Notes: generated from the sequence alone by a model not told the origin. 64,000 nt of DNA from Oligoflexia bacterium (GCA_014376785.1 JACMQW010000064.1:14966-78965), one strand, 5' to 3'. Positions 1-11,328 are shown, numbered from the stretch's first letter. A program made the numbers and translations.

Positions 1-1043
1 TGAAGTTTACGGATGAGCTGCTTCTCAAGTGCTGGATCGCGAGGAGTGAAATCGGATGCGTATTCCACCTGAGGCGTAACCCCGAGTCTTTCCGTTCCGT
101 CGTTTGATGTGTAACGATCCAGCTGGAGGGTAATCTTCGGGGGTGTTTGGTCTTTTTCCGGAACAGCTTCTCCGACCACTTTCACTGCGAGCCGAGATTC
201 TAAAGCGGGTAATATTTCATTAAAAAGCCGCGGTAAGTCTCGACCCGCATACTTCTTCCCCGGAGCCTTCAGAGCTTCACGTTCAGAGGACTGCAAACCT
301 GGATCGATCACGGCATGGAGCTCATCGCCGATCAGAATCGCGCCGTTTGAAAACAGTTCTGATCCTTCGGCAGAAAGCTGAGCCGCATCGACCAAAATCA
401 GTCGGTAAGCTTTTTCACGGCCGTCGCCTTCCTGCCGAAGCTCGATGTCATAAGCGCGCAGTTCGGTCCCTATTTTAACCGGTCGTCCCTCGAGGGATAA
501 TCGACTCGTCGATTTGAGAGCAGCGAAGAGCTTCGGAAAACCGGCTCCGATCACATGATCAATCGCAAAATCGTCTTGGGTCGCATCGATCCGAGGTCCA
601 CTCACCCTGCCGGAGTCGATCCCGCCCACTCTGGCAATTAAAGACTCGTCGAAGCGTTCGTTCCCCACCCATCGCTCAAAATAAAGTTTTCCAGCGCTCC
701 TCGTAAATCGATAATCGACTAAAAGGGCTGAACCGGACTTCGGGCCGGCGCTCTCGGATGAACTAAAATTTCTACTTTTCAAAGCGGCCAAAGCAGCCGC
801 CACATGATGGCAAGGGTCTGCGCGATCTTCACAATCGCAGAAATAGTCTTCTTCAACGGGCCAGAAGCTTACTTTGTACGAAACGGCCCGCTCGGGAACT
901 TTAATCCTGAAAACCAACTCTTCCGCCGAATCTAAATCGAGGCGGACTGAACCAGATCGCGCGAGTGAGATACCCTTTGACCAGACACCCGGTAAACAGG
1001 ACTTTTGGAGCGAAGCATAAAAGGAATCGTGGGCAGCGCTCAT
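1..1043 (-). CDS. SWIM zinc-finger protein, probably the N-terminal part of an SNF2-family helicase (runs off the window start)
   Basis: Manual translation from ATG at 1043: MSAAHDSFYASLQKSCLPGVWSKG...EEDYFCDCEDRADPCHHVAAA, a CxC-x6-CxH SWIM-like motif. Not in the supplied ORF track. Helicase core not visible in the window. Confidence 0.75.
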   Translation of the reverse strand, partial: MSAAHDSFYASLQKSCLPGVWSKGISLARSGSVRLDLDSAEELVFRIKVPERAVSYKVSFWPVEEDYFCDCEDRADPCHHVAAALAALKSRNFSSSESAGPKSGSALLVDYRFTRSAGKLYFERWVGNERFDESLIARVGGIDSGRVSGPRIDATQDDFAIDHVIGAGFPKLFAALKSTSRLSLEGRPVKIGTELRAYDIELRQEGDGREKAYRLILVDAAQLSAEGSELFSNGAILIGDELHAVIDPGLQSSEREALKAPGKKYAGRDLPRLFNEILPALESRLAVKVVGEAVPEKDQTPPKITLQLDRYTSNDGTERLGVTPQVEYASDFTPRDPALEKQLIRKL

Positions 1044-1114
1044 CGAATCTCTTTCCAGCGAAAAATACGGGCTCCCAGTTTGGCTCTAAGCGCACAAACG
1101 GGGAGCCTGCAGTC

Positions 1115-1465
1115 TTACTTCTTTTTCTTTTTTGCCGGCTTTGAAGCTGATTTTTTTACAGCTTTCTTTTTCGCAGAAGGTTTTTTCTTCGCGTTAGCGA
1201 CAGGCTCAGAGTCGTCCGTTACCATTTCGGACTCAATGTGCTTTTTATCCAATCCTACATTTTTCAAAAACCCCATGAATGGAACTTCGGTTCCAATGGT
1301 GACGTTTACCGCAACACCATCACCGAGAGCGACTTTGAAAATTTCGGCAGCCATTTTGCCCGCTTCTTTCGAAGAAGCGAGTTGGAAAATGTCTCCGCCT
1401 TCCAGTTTCCCTTTTTCATTCGAAAATTCATAACGGAGGTACACGCTGTTAGAGGTCGTTTTCAT
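1115..1465 (-). CDS. Small hypothetical protein with Lys/Ala-rich, histone H1-like C-terminal tail
   Basis: 116-aa ORF ending AKKKPSAKKKAVKKSASKPAKKKKK; co-oriented with both neighbours. Confidence 0.7.
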   Translation of the reverse strand: MKTTSNSVYLRYEFSNEKGKLEGGDIFQLASSKEAGKMAAEIFKVALGDGVAVNVTIGTEVPFMGFLKNVGLDKKHIESEMVTDDSEPVANAKKKPSAKKKAVKKSASKPAKKKKK

Positions 1466-1502
1466 CTGAGGTTTTCCTTTGACTCCACATCTACCCTTTT
1501 TT

Positions 1503-2516
1503 TCACCGCTTCTCCAGCCCGAAGCGCTCGGCGAGTAACCGGTAAGAGCGGATACGCGCCTCCTGATCTGGGACCATGGTGGTGATCATGACTTCATCGA
1601 TTGAGAGTTTTTCGGCAAAAGCGCTTACTTGAGCCGCAACTGCGGATGCTTCTCCGACGAACGACTGATTCGGTCGCCGAATCACTTCTCGAAGTCCGGG
1701 TTGGTCTCGGACTTTTAATGCATCGACGAGGGTCGGCATCGGCGCAGATTTGCCTGTTTGGCGAAAACGGTAAAAAGATAAGTCGCCGGGAATGGAAAGC
1801 ATGTCCGCTTCCTCGGCGGATTCCGCTGCTACGATGTTCGTTGCGAGAATGGCGTAAGGCTTTTTCCGAAAAATCGATGGCCGAAAACCGCGCTGGTAAA
1901 GGGCCATCACCTCTTCGGCCGGGAGACTTGAGAAATGATGCGCAAACGCGAACCCCAGGCCATGCTCGGCGGCGAATCTCGCACCGAAATCACTACTTCC
2001 TAAAATGAAGATTTCCGGAGTTTGGGCATCTTCTGGCATGGCGATCACTCCCTGAAAGGGATGCCCTTCTGGAAATGAGCCCGTAAGAAAAGTAGTGAGA
2101 TCCGAAAAAAGTCGGGGAAAATGGTCGACGTGCAAATTCTCATCCAGACCACGAAGCGCCAGCGCAGTACGGGAGTTGGTCCCCGGCGCCCTCCCCAGCC
2201 CGAGATCGATCCGTCCGGGATGCAAGGACTCCAATGTGTGGAATGTTTCCGCCACCTTGAGCGCCGAATGGTTCGGAAGCATGATTCCTCCCGACCCCAC
2301 ACGGAGGTGCTTCGTCACGGAAGCAACATGGCCGATCAATATCTCCGGTGCGGAGCTCGCAATGCCCAGCATGGAATGATGCTCAGCGAGCCAATAACGG
2401 TTAAAACCAAGTGCATCGACACTTTTAGCCAGCTGGAGCGTGTTTTTGAAAGTTTCCCGCGAAGAGGAACCGGAAACCACCGGGGCCAGATCCAAAACAG
2501 AAAGTTTAAGGCTCAT
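1503..2516 (-). CDS. LLM-class (luciferase-like) flavin-dependent oxidoreductase, YhbW-like
   Basis: [41 protein letters not shown] motifs; start placed at MSLKLS (2516). Confidence 0.92.
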   Translation of the reverse strand: MSLKLSVLDLAPVVSGSSSRETFKNTLQLAKSVDALGFNRYWLAEHHSMLGIASSAPEILIGHVASVTKHLRVGSGGIMLPNHSALKVAETFHTLESLHPGRIDLGLGRAPGTNSRTALALRGLDENLHVDHFPRLFSDLTTFLTGSFPEGHPFQGVIAMPEDAQTPEIFILGSSDFGARFAAEHGLGFAFAHHFSSLPAEEVMALYQRGFRPSIFRKKPYAILATNIVAAESAEEADMLSIPGDLSFYRFRQTGKSAPMPTLVDALKVRDQPGLREVIRRPNQSFVGEASAVAAQVSAFAEKLSIDEVMITTMVPDQEARIRSYRLLAERFGLEKR

Positions 2517-2556
2517 GACTGACTGAATATCACAGAAATGGGTTATAGCTGGAGGC

Positions 2557-5058
2557 ATGACGTGGCCACTTTTTGATCGATCGCGCGATTCCGGCAACCC
2601 CCTAGATTCATTCCTTGAATACACATTTGAGAAGAACTTAGAGCTTTACCCAGCGCAAGAAGAAGCCATCCTCGAACTCTATTCGGGGAAAAATGTGATC
2701 CTGAATACGCCCACCGGATCGGGAAAATCTTTGGTGGCTTCTGCTCTTCATTTTCTCTCGCTGAAAAACGGTAAGCGCTCGATTTACACCTGCCCCATCA
2801 AAGCACTTGTGAATGAAAAATTTTTAAGTCTCTGTCGGGAATTTGGGCCCGACCAAGTCGGAATGATTACCGGAGACGCTACGGTGAATCCAGACGCCCC
2901 GATTATCTGCTGCACAGCGGAGATCCTCTCAAACCTTGCGCTTCGCCTCGGGGAAGACACTCCCTACGCGGATGTGATCATGGACGAATTTCATTATTAC
3001 TCGGACCGAGACCGAGGGGTCGCTTGGCAAATCCCCCTCTTAGTGATGAAGCGTTCCCGTTTTCTCCTCATGTCAGCGACTCTGGGCGACACTTCCTTTT
3101 TTGAAAAAGCACTGACTGCGTTAAACGGCCTGGAAACCATCTTAGTGAAATCGAACCAGCGCCCGGTACCCCTCGATTTCCAATACAGTGAACGGCCGCT
3201 CCATTTAAAAATTGCGGAATTGATCGAGAAGGGAAGGTCACCCATTTATCTCGTGAACTTCACCCAACGCGATTGCGCCGAAGAAGCGCAAAAACTCATG
3301 TCGATTGATTTCTGTACAAAGGAAGAAAAGAAGAAAATCGCTGAATTCCTCGAGGACGTCGACTTTAAGAGTCCCTACGGAAAAGACCTTAGTCGAATCC
3401 TCAGACACGGAATCGGACTTCACCACGCTGGCCTTCTGCCGCGCTACCGCGTGCTGGTGGAAAAACTAGCGGCGCAGGGACTTCTGAAAGTCATTTCCGG
3501 CACAGACACGCTCGGAGTCGGAGTAAACGTTCCAATTCGCACCGTACTTTTTACGAAGCTCGCAAAATATGACGGGGTTAAAACAGGCCTTCTAAGTGTG
3601 CGCGATTTCCAGCAGATCAGCGGAAGGGCCGGAAGAAAAGGTTTCGATGATGAAGGGACTGTTGTCATTCAAGCGCCTGAGCACGTGATTGAAAACGTTT
3701 CTCAGGAAGCGAAAGCGGCTGGCGATCCAAAAAAAATGAAGAAACTCGTCAAACGAAAACCTCCCGAAAAAGGTTACGTTCCATGGAACAAAGACACCCT
3801 GACGAAACTCGTGGAAGGCCAGCCTGAACCGCTCGTGTCCCGTTTTCAGGTGACTCACGCCATGGTCTTGAACGTACTGAGTCGACCCGGCTCAAGAAAT
3901 TGTCAGCCACTCCGCGAAATCATTCGCTCGAGTCACGAATCCGAAGTTCAAAAAAAGAGACACGGGAAATTAGCTTTTCAGCTTTTCCGGTCCCTACACG
4001 AGCGCGGAATCATCGAGCTAAATCCCCTCCGCGTGAATGTCGATTTGCAGCAAGATTTCTCGCTGAACCAAACCCTCTCGCTCTACTTGCTCGACACCTT
4101 GAAATTACTCGATTCGCAAGATCTGAATTATGCCTTCGACTTGCTGACACTCGTCGAATCCATTCTCGAAAATCCGGACCTGATTTTGCGGAGACAGGTG
4201 GATCGAATGAAAACCGCCGCCATGGCTGATATGAAAGCGGCCGGCATGGAATTCGATGAGCGAATCGAAGCACTCGAGAAAATAGAATATCCAAAACCGA
4301 ATCGGGAGTTCATTTACAGCACCTTTAACCGTTTCGCTGCGGCCCATCCTTGGGTCGGCCAAGATAATATTCGGCCTAAATCGATCGCGCGCGAAATGTT
4401 CGAAACTTTCCAATCTTTCCACGATTACATCCGCGATTATGATCTCCAGCGAGTGGAGGGGCTTCTGCTTCGCTACCTGAGTGAAGTCTACAAAGTCTTA
4501 CTCCAGACAATTCCTGAGGCGGCTAGAACCGATGAAGTCGATTCGCTCGTCGATTATTTGGGTGAGATGCTTCGAGGCATCGATTCAAGTCTAGTCGACG
4601 AATGGGAAAAACTTCGAAATCCAGAAAATGCCGCACTGAAACGTGCCGCAAGAGAATCCCAAATCGCTGCCGCCGACGCGCTTCGGATCGCTGCGGAAGC
4701 TGAAAAAAAGGCGGTAAAAAATCGCGAAATAACCGTGAAGAACGAAGTATTCAGAGTTGTCCGCTTGCTCTGGAATTTAGACTTTGTCGCCGCCGCAGAA
4801 TCGCTCGAATGTGCCCCTGGTGAGATCGAAAGTCCGATGAAAGAGTATCAGAAAGAACATACGGGGATTCTATTGGATCAAAAGGCCCGGTCTGCTGACT
4901 TTGTTCGAATCGAAAATTTGAGCGGCGAAACGTTCAAAGTCGAACAGACTCTGGTCGATCCAGAAGGGCATCATGACTGGAACTTAGTCGTTGAAGCCGA
5001 TGTCAAAGAGGCCGGTCGACCGAAACTGAGACTGATTTTCCTTGGGCCTTCAAGTTAA
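2557..5058 (+). CDS. Ski2/HelY-like DExH-box helicase (DUF3516-type C-terminus)
   Basis: PTGSGKS Walker [30 protein letters not shown] motifs. Confidence 0.92.
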   Translation: MTWPLFDRSRDSGNPLDSFLEYTFEKNLELYPAQEEAILELYSGKNVILNTPTGSGKSLVASALHFLSLKNGKRSIYTCPIKALVNEKFLSLCREFGPDQVGMITGDATVNPDAPIICCTAEILSNLALRLGEDTPYADVIMDEFHYYSDRDRGVAWQIPLLVMKRSRFLLMSATLGDTSFFEKALTALNGLETILVKSNQRPVPLDFQYSERPLHLKIAELIEKGRSPIYLVNFTQRDCAEEAQKLMSIDFCTKEEKKKIAEFLEDVDFKSPYGKDLSRILRHGIGLHHAGLLPRYRVLVEKLAAQGLLKVISGTDTLGVGVNVPIRTVLFTKLAKYDGVKTGLLSVRDFQQISGRAGRKGFDDEGTVVIQAPEHVIENVSQEAKAAGDPKKMKKLVKRKPPEKGYVPWNKDTLTKLVEGQPEPLVSRFQVTHAMVLNVLSRPGSRNCQPLREIIRSSHESEVQKKRHGKLAFQLFRSLHERGIIELNPLRVNVDLQQDFSLNQTLSLYLLDTLKLLDSQDLNYAFDLLTLVESILENPDLILRRQVDRMKTAAMADMKAAGMEFDERIEALEKIEYPKPNREFIYSTFNRFAAAHPWVGQDNIRPKSIAREMFETFQSFHDYIRDYDLQRVEGLLLRYLSEVYKVLLQTIPEAARTDEVDSLVDYLGEMLRGIDSSLVDEWEKLRNPENAALKRAARESQIAAADALRIAAEAEKKAVKNREITVKNEVFRVVRLLWNLDFVAAAESLECAPGEIESPMKEYQKEHTGILLDQKARSADFVRIENLSGETFKVEQTLVDPEGHHDWNLVVEADVKEAGRPKLRLIFLGPSS

Positions 5059-5119
5059 TCCAGGCTTAAAATCCTGAGCCTCCCTTGCCTGCTTGGGAAA
5101 GCTGTGGCTGAATCTCCCC

Positions 5120-6052
5120 ATGAAGCTCTACAAGATGGCTCGTTTCGGGATTTGTGCGATGGCTCTTTCCGTCCTGCTGACATCGTTCTCAAATCTGGCT
5201 AAAGCAGAACCGCCTCATTGTGAGTCCTATCCTTCTCGCCAACTCGAAAAAAACGTCGATTTCTGTATTCAGAGAAGTCGACCCGATCTTCCGCCTCGTG
5301 CTAACGAGCCCGTTATTTATTTCATGCATGGGATTTTCCGCGATGCAAACTTTTGGGCGGTCAGTGGTTACGCAGAGACGATTGAAGAGTTTGCTAAAAA
5401 GGATCCAAACTTCCCCTCATTTACCATCGTCAGCTTCAGTACGAGTGCACTTAGTTTTTTCTCCGACTCTGGCTCTCTTCATAAAGGGCGCGGATCGTAC
5501 GAGTCTTGGTTCATCACTGAGTTTATTCCCATGATGGAAAAGACCCAGTCTCTTTGTCATGAGCGAGCTTGTCGACTGATCGCTGGTCAATCCATGGGAG
5601 GTTTCGGCGCGTTAAAAACGGCTTTCCGCTATCCGGAACTTTTTTCGGCGGTTGCCGCGAGCTCCCCTGCGCTGCCCCCGTTCAACTTTCAAGAATCGAC
5701 GGCCAGATTCATTTCCTTCTTTAAGCGCCATCCCATTGGTATTATTCGAGGACTAGTGATGCTCAAGTTCGCTCAGGGAATTTTTACCACCCCTGAATAC
5801 GCGGATGAGAATGACCCGTCCTATCTTGCGCGGATCTTTCCGAACAAAGCCAGATTGCCTCAGATCTACATCGAAATGGGCGGAAAAGATGATTACGGGC
5901 TTCAAGAAGGCTACGCCCGCTTCACCAGAATCATGCGCGAACGCCATCTCCCCTACGAAGGTCATTACTTTAAAAACGCCGATCACGGTCTGTACTACGA
6001 ACGCAGACCCTACTTCATCCGTTTCTTGGCGGACCACTTTCAAAACCAGTGA
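5120..6052 (+). CDS. Secreted alpha/beta-hydrolase (putative esterase family)
   Basis: Signal-peptide-like N-terminus, HG oxyanion motif (MHG), nucleophile elbow GQSMGG, downstream Asp and His candidates; start approximate. Confidence 0.85.
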   Translation: MKLYKMARFGICAMALSVLLTSFSNLAKAEPPHCESYPSRQLEKNVDFCIQRSRPDLPPRANEPVIYFMHGIFRDANFWAVSGYAETIEEFAKKDPNFPSFTIVSFSTSALSFFSDSGSLHKGRGSYESWFITEFIPMMEKTQSLCHERACRLIAGQSMGGFGALKTAFRYPELFSAVAASSPALPPFNFQESTARFISFFKRHPIGIIRGLVMLKFAQGIFTTPEYADENDPSYLARIFPNKARLPQIYIEMGGKDDYGLQEGYARFTRIMRERHLPYEGHYFKNADHGLYYERRPYFIRFLADHFQNQ

Positions 6053-6120
6053 ATGCTAGCGTTCGGCTCCTGATTAAGCTTAAAATAGGGTTCGATTGAT
6101 AACCTTTACCCGACCCTTCT

Positions 6121-8125
6121 ATGCGTTCGTCGATAGACATCCAAACTGAAATCATCTAACGGCTCGGCTATTTGCCCGCATTTTTTAAGCCGGCTCTTTA
6201 TTCGCCCGAACTTCTCGAAAATTTATGGGCCCAGACAAAATCTTCTGATCTCGACAGCACCCTCCCCGAACTTTTTCGGAAAAAACTTAGCGTTCTTTTT
6301 TCTCGCCATTCTAATTCTTCCTACCGCCTCATTTCACTCAGTTCAGAACTACGGCGGTTCGGAGTTTCCGCTGAGAAAATTTATCAGCTTTTAGAAAGGC
6401 CAGCGCCTGCCCTCGGAGCCCGGTCTCACGATCTAGAGACCCTTTCAGCAGAGCAGCGAGGAAAATTTCCAAAATCCGAATGCCCCTTAGAAGAAATGCT
6501 TTTAGAAGAATGCATTTCGCTTTTTCTGAGGGAATCGACCCCACGGCGAATGACGCAAATTCGGGAATTCGTAGGAATTCAGTTTTACGATGTGCTCACT
6601 CTTTTTATCTCTTACCACCGCGCATGTTTAGACTAGGCAGAGAGCCATCCAGAGCTTTCGACAGACGATGACCCACGAGTTCGGGAGAAACTGACTGTAC
6701 TCGTGAATGAAGATCCTCGTTTCAGAGAATACTTTCAAAAATACCGCGCGAGATTTCCAGTCGGTGAACACTAGCGCTATTTTGACTTCGTTTATTCGGC
6801 AAGAAGGAATCGATCGGGAGAAATCGATGGGATCATGGTGCTTGCGAACGATGGTTTGGTCGGAGCATGGAAGAATTAAAGGGCCTAAAGCGCCACCAGT
6901 TCGCATCCACCGAAACAACGGATGCTGCTCGTCCTTACGAAAAAATGGCACTTGCAGGGAAGAAAGTTCGTTATCAGAATGTCATTCGTAACGAGCAAGG
7001 TGTTTCAAAGCACCTCGACATCGAATTTGTTCCCCACCTAGATCCCATCAGCGGAAAACTAAAAGGGGCAGTAGTCGTGGGTCATGACGTGACCGCCCTG
7101 CAAGAAGCACGGCGCCAGGCCGAACTTTCTCGAAAAGCACTCTACGATCTGTTTATGGAGGCTCCGGTGGGGATTTGCGTATTTGAGGGCTCAGATCACC
7201 GATTTGTATTGGTGAACCCCATTTTTAAACAAATTTTTTCAACGACGAGCGCGCCCTTCTCGGAAAATCCTTCCGCGATGTCGTCCCGGAAGCATCGGAT
7301 CAGGGATATTTCGACCTGCTCGATAACGTTTACACGACTGGCGAATCGGTATTCGGTACCGAAGCCTCTGCGAAAATTTGCCAGTTGAATGGCGAACTTC
7401 GCGAAACTTTCACAAATTTTATTTATCAGGCCAAGCGGAATGCGAAGGGCGAAATCGACGGCATTCTGTTCGTCATTTATGACGTAACCGACCAAGTGCT
7501 GGCAAAACAAAGAATGGAGCAGGCGTTGCGTGCTCGAGACGAGTTTCTGTCTATCGCAAGCCATAAATTGAAAACCCCTCTTACGTCCATTCAGCTCCAG
7601 ACACAAATGGCTAAACGCAATATCGAAAAAAATAGAGAGACGGCGTTTGAGCCTGCGCGAGTGGTTAAACTCATCGATCAAACAGATCACAGTCTTCGGC
7701 GGCTGACCCGACTCGTGGACGATATGCTCGATATCTCCCGGATCACTACCGGTAAACTCACTTTTCATCGCGAAACTCTTGACCTCCTTGCACTCGTGCG
7801 GGAAGTGGTGGGAAATCTTCTGACGAATGCCATTCGTTACGGTGAAGGTTCACCCATTAAAATTTCGGTTAAAAATCAAGCTGACCGTGCCGTGCTGATT
7901 GTGCAGGATGCTGGCCCGGGAATCGCTCAAGAAAATCAGGATCGCATCTTCGAGCGTTTCGAGCGAGCCACACCCGCGAGTTCAATCAGTGGGCTTGGCC
8001 TCGGCCTCTCTATTTCTAGGGAGATTGTGAATCGTCACTCCGGAACCTTATTTTTAAAAAGCTCTCCTGGAGCGGGCGCTTCATTTCTAGTCGACCTTCC
8101 GTTAAACGCCACTGATATGCCTTAA
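6121..8125 (+). pseudogene. Disrupted multi-PAS sensor histidine kinase
   Basis: ATG 6121 followed by in-frame TAA (6157-6159), TAG (6634-6636) and a further TAG; frameshift in the T-run near 7235; H-box reads SHKLKTPL; HATPase N/G boxes (NLLTNAIRY, DAGPGI, GLGLGL) retained. Confidence 0.85.
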
Positions 8126-8141
8126 TTGAACACTGACGCCC

Positions 8142-8157
8142 CGGCCTCGATATTGCT
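8142..8157 (+). promoter_or_regulatory. sigma54 (-24/-12) promoter candidate
   Basis: CGGCCTCGATATTGCT = GG-N10-GC, followed by GGAGG RBS and ATG 8186. Confidence 0.6.
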
Positions 8158-8185
8158 TTGAGAAGTTCTGATCGGAGGACTATCG

Positions 8186-8485
8186 ATGGATGCAGGTAAA
8201 AAGATGGACGCACTGGTCGCAGAAAAGTTACTCGACTGGAAGAAAGAGTCCGGAATGCCAGCTCCAGCTGTAAGTACTGATTTGTCTTCGGCTTGGAAGC
8301 TCGTCGATCCTATTTGTGACCGCGGTTTCAGACTTCAATTAAGCGGAAGTAGGATCTGGCAAGCGCGGTTTTATAAGTCTGTCGCCCATACTCTAGAAAC
8401 CCGTGCGTTCGAAGCCACTGGAAGTAATCCTGCGGAAGCCATCTGTCTCGCGGCCCTCGCCGTTAATGGTCAAACTCTCAAATAG
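8186..8485 (+). CDS. Phage ABA-sandwich (BC1872-like) domain protein
   Basis: MDALVAEK...W, STDLSSAWKLV, AEAICLAAL pattern recalled for this family; GGAGG RBS. Confidence 0.7.
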   Translation: MDAGKKMDALVAEKLLDWKKESGMPAPAVSTDLSSAWKLVDPICDRGFRLQLSGSRIWQARFYKSVAHTLETRAFEATGSNPAEAICLAALAVNGQTLK

Positions 8486-8501
8486 AAGGAAGAAATCATT
8501 C

Positions 8502-8642
8502 ATGCTAGTCGATATGAAACTTTTTGCAGCGATCGCGGTGGCAGTCATTTTGGTGGGCGGTTTTCTTTGGCTAAAACCTCGTCGAAACGCTCCGAAAAAG
8601 AACTCGGGAGTCGGTAACATCACTCAACCTAAAGGGGATTAA
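8502..8642 (+). CDS. Small single-pass membrane protein
   Basis: 46 aa, hydrophobic stretch LFAAIAVAVILVGGFLWL followed by basic residues; AGGA upstream. Confidence 0.5.
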   Translation: MLVDMKLFAAIAVAVILVGGFLWLKPRRNAPKKNSGVGNITQPKGD

Positions 8643-9771
8643 GCGAGTCCGTCAGGAAAGCTAACGTTTCGAAATGCTCGGTCTGCGGAAAGAAGTCATA
8701 CGGCTGCAAGCGGTTCACCTTGAATCCACAACTTTCGAAAAACCTCAGATCGCGTGCCAGACTGGAAGCACTACAGGACAGGTACACAACCGAAGTGGGT
8801 CGACTCTGACTGATGCATTCTTTCAGAGCAGCGCTAGCCTCGTTCCCTAAACCTGATCTCGGAGGGTTAATGTAAAGTACATATGTCCCGCGTATTCTTT
8901 CAAGAACGATTGGGTCTCGAAGGCGATGCTCGACGCTGCCCACGTAGGCCAGATGAAATGGCCTTCCCTCTAGATCTGAAAGCGAAGCAAACTCACTGGC
9001 CTCTTTTGAGATTTCAATTCCGATCCAGCTGACCTCGGCCGGGAGTAAACATGAAAGCTCGCCGGTTCCACTATAGAGGTCGAGAACGAACTCCGGATTT
9101 ACACGGAGAATCTCACTTACGGCATCCGCCCTTGCTTCTCGTAGAAGAGAGCCGGCAACCTGACGAAAAGCACGAATTGGATGAGAGCGTTTGAATCCGC
9201 TGCCAAAAACAGAAATAATTTCGCGGTGACCGAACACTCGCCTGCCGATTTGATTCACGTGATGAAACCACACTTGATCGATCGGTGGCACTAACAGCCG
9301 TGAAAAGTCTAATCGACGAATCACATCCTCTACGGACTCGGATGTAACAAAAACCAAATGCGGAGTTCCGATCCAAATTCCGAGTAATGACTTCGCGATT
9401 TCAGGAGAACCGAGACGATGAAGTTCTCTTTTCAAGTTTCTCAGCACTGTTTGAATAGCCACGCTATGGACCGGGCAAGTGTCCCAAGAAATAAATTCTT
9501 GAATCCACTTGCCTCCCACCGAAGCCGCTCTCAACATTCCAAAAGAGTACTCACCGTCCCGATACTGGCAGCGAAGCCAAGATTTATTTCGGTATCCGAT
9601 TTGTTCTTCGCCCGGTGCTGGAACAATTTGCTGAAGAGAATCGCTCCAGCTTTCCAACTTCTCGCCAGCCCAATTTTGCTTTCTCTCCACCTGAAGTGGG
9701 TAGTTGAGAGTTTTATAATGACAGGCACGACAATTTGGGTTGCATCCGGGGTGTTGCTGAAGTGAAGACAT
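8629..9771 (-). CDS. RNA m5U methyltransferase, RlmD/RlmC/TrmA family, no TRAM domain
   Basis: N-terminal Cys cluster CNPNCRACH, YRNK, LDLYSGTG SAM motif, NPPRSG, YLSC, DFFPQTEHFE. Confidence 0.85.
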   Translation of the reverse strand: MSSLQQHPGCNPNCRACHYKTLNYPLQVERKQNWAGEKLESWSDSLQQIVPAPGEEQIGYRNKSWLRCQYRDGEYSFGMLRAASVGGKWIQEFISWDTCPVHSVAIQTVLRNLKRELHRLGSPEIAKSLLGIWIGTPHLVFVTSESVEDVIRRLDFSRLLVPPIDQVWFHHVNQIGRRVFGHREIISVFGSGFKRSHPIRAFRQVAGSLLREARADAVSEILRVNPEFVLDLYSGTGELSCLLPAEVSWIGIEISKEASEFASLSDLEGRPFHLAYVGSVEHRLRDPIVLERIRGTYVLYINPPRSGLGNEASAALKECISQSRPTSVVYLSCSASSLARDLRFFESCGFKVNRLQPYDFFPQTEHFETLAFLTDSLNPL

Positions 9772-9796
9772 CTGAATTGCTAAAGCTGATTCAGGA

Positions 9797-10423
9797 CTAG
9801 CTCGTTTTTGCGCCGTTATCGGTGATCACCAGTTCAACGCGACGATTTTTTTGGCGACCCGATTTACTGGAATTCGAGTCGATCGGTTTCGACTCTCCGT
9901 AACCTTCCGTACGAATTTGATCAGCAGGCACCCCTTTTTCGAGTAGGACATTTTGCACTGCTTTCGCGCGCTGTAACGAGAGGCCTTCATTAAAGGTGGG
10001 ATTTCCAATACTATCCGTATGGCCCGCAACTAAAATGCGATTGGCAGGATACTTAACGAGCACTCCACTCAGCTGTTCAAGCTGTGGAATGGCGGCAGCT
10101 TGCAACTTCGCGCTGCCCGTTTCAAAGAGGAGATCATTCTTCAAGTTCACTAGGATACCGTCTTGAGTCCGCTTCGTATCAGCGACCTGAGCCAATTCCT
10201 TTGCCTGCTTATCGAGCCGATTTCCAACCACCCCACCAGCAACCGCGCCCAGTCCGGCTCCGATTGCGGCTCCCTTGCCTCCGCCGAGAAGTGCGCCAAT
10301 CGCTGCACCGCCAACGGCTCCACCTCCGGCTCCCATAGCCGTTCTTTTTTGATCGGAAGCACATCCGCTCGCCAAGAGTAAACTCGCAAGAACACCCATC
10401 AATACCGAATTTTTCGCCGACAT
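9797..10423 (-). CDS. OmpA-family lipoprotein with glycine zipper (YiaD-like)
   Basis: Lipobox-like LASGC, GAGGGAVGGAAIG zipper, GHTD...LSLQRA...NRRVE OmpA-C motifs. Confidence 0.92.
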   Translation of the reverse strand: MSAKNSVLMGVLASLLLASGCASDQKRTAMGAGGGAVGGAAIGALLGGGKGAAIGAGLGAVAGGVVGNRLDKQAKELAQVADTKRTQDGILVNLKNDLLFETGSAKLQAAAIPQLEQLSGVLVKYPANRILVAGHTDSIGNPTFNEGLSLQRAKAVQNVLLEKGVPADQIRTEGYGESKPIDSNSSKSGRQKNRRVELVITDNGAKTS

Positions 10424-10488
10424 GCTTACGCCACCGTTCTGCTTATTTTCTAATTTATTAATCATCATTTCATTCATACCTGACCGAA

Positions 10489-10504
10489 TGCAGCTCGCAT
10501 ACCA
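10489..10504 (-). promoter_or_regulatory. sigma54 promoter candidate for the OmpA-family gene
   Basis: Minus strand TGGTATGCGAGCTGCA = GG-N10-GC. Confidence 0.55.
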
Positions 10505-10536
10505 CTGAAAAAGTCACCTAATGGGGCGACGAGACG

Positions 10537-10552
10537 CGGCACAGTGAATGCA
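10537..10552 (+). promoter_or_regulatory. sigma54 promoter candidate, divergent from the previous one
   Basis: CGGCACAGTGAATGCA = GG-N10-GC; predicted start site falls almost on the GTG at 10564, implying a leaderless mRNA or a later start. Confidence 0.45.
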
Positions 10553-10563
10553 CTTTATTTTTT

Positions 10564-11328
10564 GTGAATTCGAAATCTAGTCCCTCTTTCGCCGATCTCC
10601 ATTCTCCAATTCAACCCACGGATGGCAAACTTCGGCCGGAAAAAATTCCTTCGCTGGTGGGTCTCTTCCTGCGGCGTGCACTGAAGCGCGGACAGAAATA
10701 TGTTTTGATTCTAGAAGCCACCCCACCGCTCCTTCCGCCGAAAGTTTCGCAGGTAGAGTTGAACTCACCGGCTTACAAGAATGTCCAGTTCATGAAGGAT
10801 GGGACGGGACCCCTCTTTTTCAAACGCTACTCTCTGTCTATTTACGGAAGTTTAGAACTCGCCCTCGGCCTCATGCGAAAGATTCAAGCCGATCCTAATC
10901 TCGTGGCTCCCCGAGCGCTCGCCTATTACAGAAAAACAAAGGGCTCACCGGAAAATCTTTCCCTCGGAGACGAGTTCTTCATTGAAATGACGGGGCCTTG
11001 GAATGGACCGGTTCGGACTGTGGAAGTCAGACCAAACTCTTTTCGATTCGTTACCTTAAATGGCCATATGGAAGCGGGCCAAATTGAAATCGAATTTCGA
11101 ACGGGACGGAAACCTGGGGTCTTTACATTCGAAATCAAATCTTGGGCGAGGAGTCGCGATGGGTCTGTCGATTTTTTTTACGATACTTTGAAGCTCGCCC
11201 AACTGATGCAGGCAGAAATGTGGTCAGGATTTCTGGAGAAAACCGCTGAATTAGCCGGGGGAAAAGCGTCAAAAAATGTTCTGATTGAAACTCAGAGAAA
11301 CGACACTGTTCTCAGCCTAGGCATGTAG
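10564..11328 (+). CDS. DUF1990-like protein
   Basis: GTGPLF..RY, GPWNGPVR, TLNGHMEAGQI, EIKSWARS pattern; start uncertain. Confidence 0.7.
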   Translation: MNSKSSPSFADLHSPIQPTDGKLRPEKIPSLVGLFLRRALKRGQKYVLILEATPPLLPPKVSQVELNSPAYKNVQFMKDGTGPLFFKRYSLSIYGSLELALGLMRKIQADPNLVAPRALAYYRKTKGSPENLSLGDEFFIEMTGPWNGPVRTVEVRPNSFRFVTLNGHMEAGQIEIEFRTGRKPGVFTFEIKSWARSRDGSVDFFYDTLKLAQLMQAEMWSGFLEKTAELAGGKASKNVLIETQRNDTVLSLGM

